From the NCBI GenBank assembly GCA_965644295.1, contig CBFFRP010000185.1, positions 62,001 through 126,000 of the forward strand: a stretch of 64,000 bases of DNA, given 5' to 3'. The stretch comes from Paraphysomonas bandaiensis (taxonomy: Eukaryota; Protista; Chrysophyceae). A program made the translations under genes and the position numbers. Positions 62,757-64,000 of the stretch are shown here, piece by piece (position 1 is the first letter of the stretch; the number at the start of each line of letters is the position of its first letter). Under the pieces are notes generated by a model, which saw only the letters and a program-made list of their open reading frames with translations, searched no databases and was not told the DNA's origin.

Positions 62757-64000
62757 CTACGAAAATCGATTGGCTATCTGGCAAACATAGCCGCTTGACA
62801 TTCGCGCAGAAGCATCTTGAATCTCGCGATCACATTTTATGTGTCGATCCCTCTCAGAATAGCTTTCTTGCATGAGTTCCATGGTGTCTATTCCATCTTC
62901 TGGGTCAACCCCGAAGCCCTCAACTTCGCATTGGTCCTCCCTCCACCGAAGCACAGCTCCAGCTGGCGCTCTCCCATCATTTGCCCTGGGGTCAGGTACC
63001 TCACGTCTCTTTTCCAGCTCCTCCCGTGCCGCTTTATGTAGTAATGAAGTATTGAAGAAAGCCCACTGACATGAAACATCGACGTAAGCAAGCTCCGGAC
63101 ACCCACCTTGGGCTAGTAGGAATGCAAAGGCGGCCACATGCTCATCTTCCATACCTGTACAATCTCGCAGTGTTAGCGTTCTTAATCCCGGCCACCGAGA
63201 TGGAATGTCAGTTAAAAACATCCCATGCAGGCTTTCATTGTCTGAGAAATCTGTCTCTTCTACTCGAGGTAAATGCAGCACAGCCTGTACACCATCCTCA
63301 TCTATCGTGTAGTGACGTAGACGAACACATTTCAGCAGCGGGCAACCCTCGGCCAAACTCAATCCCACCTCAGGTTGTAGCAAAGGATGATCAAACATAC
63401 CCTCTCCATTAGAAGATGTGACATTCATGTAGCTGAAGCTAATTTTCTCGAGGAGTGGACAAGAGGTTGCTACAGATCCAACTAGTATATTTACATCTAT
63501 ATTTTGTGAAACGGTTACTGTACGGAGCTGTGGGGATTGAAGCAGCACGCCCCGTAGAAAGCATGCAGACACACATCCTATTTGTTCTAGTTTCAAGGAT
63601 TGCAATTTAGACAGGTATGGCTGCAGAGCCTCCACGTCCTGACATCTAGAGCAAGAACCGTTTTGAGAATTGGACCCTAAAGCACATATCTGGGTGGACG
63701 CATCGTTCAGTCTGTTACTCTGTCCACTATCCCGTGAAGCGGTGCAAATAGCACAAATTTCTCCCACTATGCAATTACACATATGATCTACATCACGGTC
63801 AGTCTCAGTGTACCCCGAAATTGACATGTTCATTAAAGGTTGAACACCAGGAGCCGTTCTTTTAATCAAATTGAAGATAGCTTGCACGTTGATATCATTT
63901 GCGTAATCAAGTGACAAGTTCGTCCAGAGTACACTGTTAGTGCTTATACGTTTGTGCTCCCTGCAGGTCTCTCCGAAGTTCTCTATATCTCTCGGCTGCA
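62757..64000 (-). CDS. F-box/leucine-rich-repeat protein (FBXL-like), 5' end outside the window
   Basis: The frame stays open to the window edge: QPRDIENFGETCREHKRISTNSVLWTNL (second half of an F-box). Cys-type LRRs SCPLLEKISFS, GCPLLKCVRL, WPGLRTLTLRDC and GCPELAYVDVS. Confidence 0.8.
   Translation of the reverse strand, partial: QPRDIENFGETCREHKRISTNSVLWTNLSLDYANDINVQAIFNLIKRTAPGVQPLMNMSISGYTETDRDVDHMCNCIVGEICAICTASRDSGQSNRLNDASTQICALGSNSQNGSCSRCQDVEALQPYLSKLQSLKLEQIGCVSACFLRGVLLQSPQLRTVTVSQNIDVNILVGSVATSCPLLEKISFSYMNVTSSNGEGMFDHPLLQPEVGLSLAEGCPLLKCVRLRHYTIDEDGVQAVLHLPRVEETDFSDNESLHGMFLTDIPSRWPGLRTLTLRDCTGMEDEHVAAFAFLLAQGGCPELAYVDVSCQWAFFNTSLLHKAAREELEKRREVPDPRANDGRAPAGAVLRWREDQCEVEGFGVDPEDGIDTMELMQESYSERDRHIKCDREIQDASARMSSGYVCQIANRFS

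Overview
This window is eukaryotic nuclear DNA from a flagellated protist, probably a stramenopile (the taxon is an inference). It uses the standard genetic code, has many short (about 45-60 nt) GT-AG introns, and AT-rich intergenic gaps. About 21 protein-coding genes can be reconstructed: an IQ/coiled-coil/ARM giant protein, BBS7, an EF-hand repeat protein, a TPR protein, a TRAP-type acid phosphatase, ATG12, a SEN1/UPF1-like helicase with an inserted WW domain, an alpha/beta hydrolase, a cAMP-receptor-like GPCR, PDCD5, Rab1, cytochrome b561, a Tubby protein, a small membrane peptide, an ER-type FKBP-ankyrin fusion, an F-box/ankyrin 29-aa repeat protein, an MtnA-MtnK fusion, an unknown secreted protein, a FYVE-SYLF protein, a probable pseudo-ArfGAP and an F-box/LRR protein cut by the window end. 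ATG12, PDCD5, Rab1 and the FKBP N-terminus are essentially missed by the ORF track. The most notable features are these. (1) A dispersed, hairpin-rich, modular non-coding repeat family has at least 10 fragments, one fused to a decayed intronless zinc-finger ORF. (2) An accessory island (about 43.6-51 kb) holds an intronless F-box protein with 16 near-identical repeats that vary at fixed positions, lying between diverged inverted repeats. (3) MtnA and MtnK are fused in frame. (4) A three-exon cassette has been triplicated in tandem. No tRNA, rRNA or CRISPR array was recognised. All product calls come from motif recognition by eye, not from database searches.
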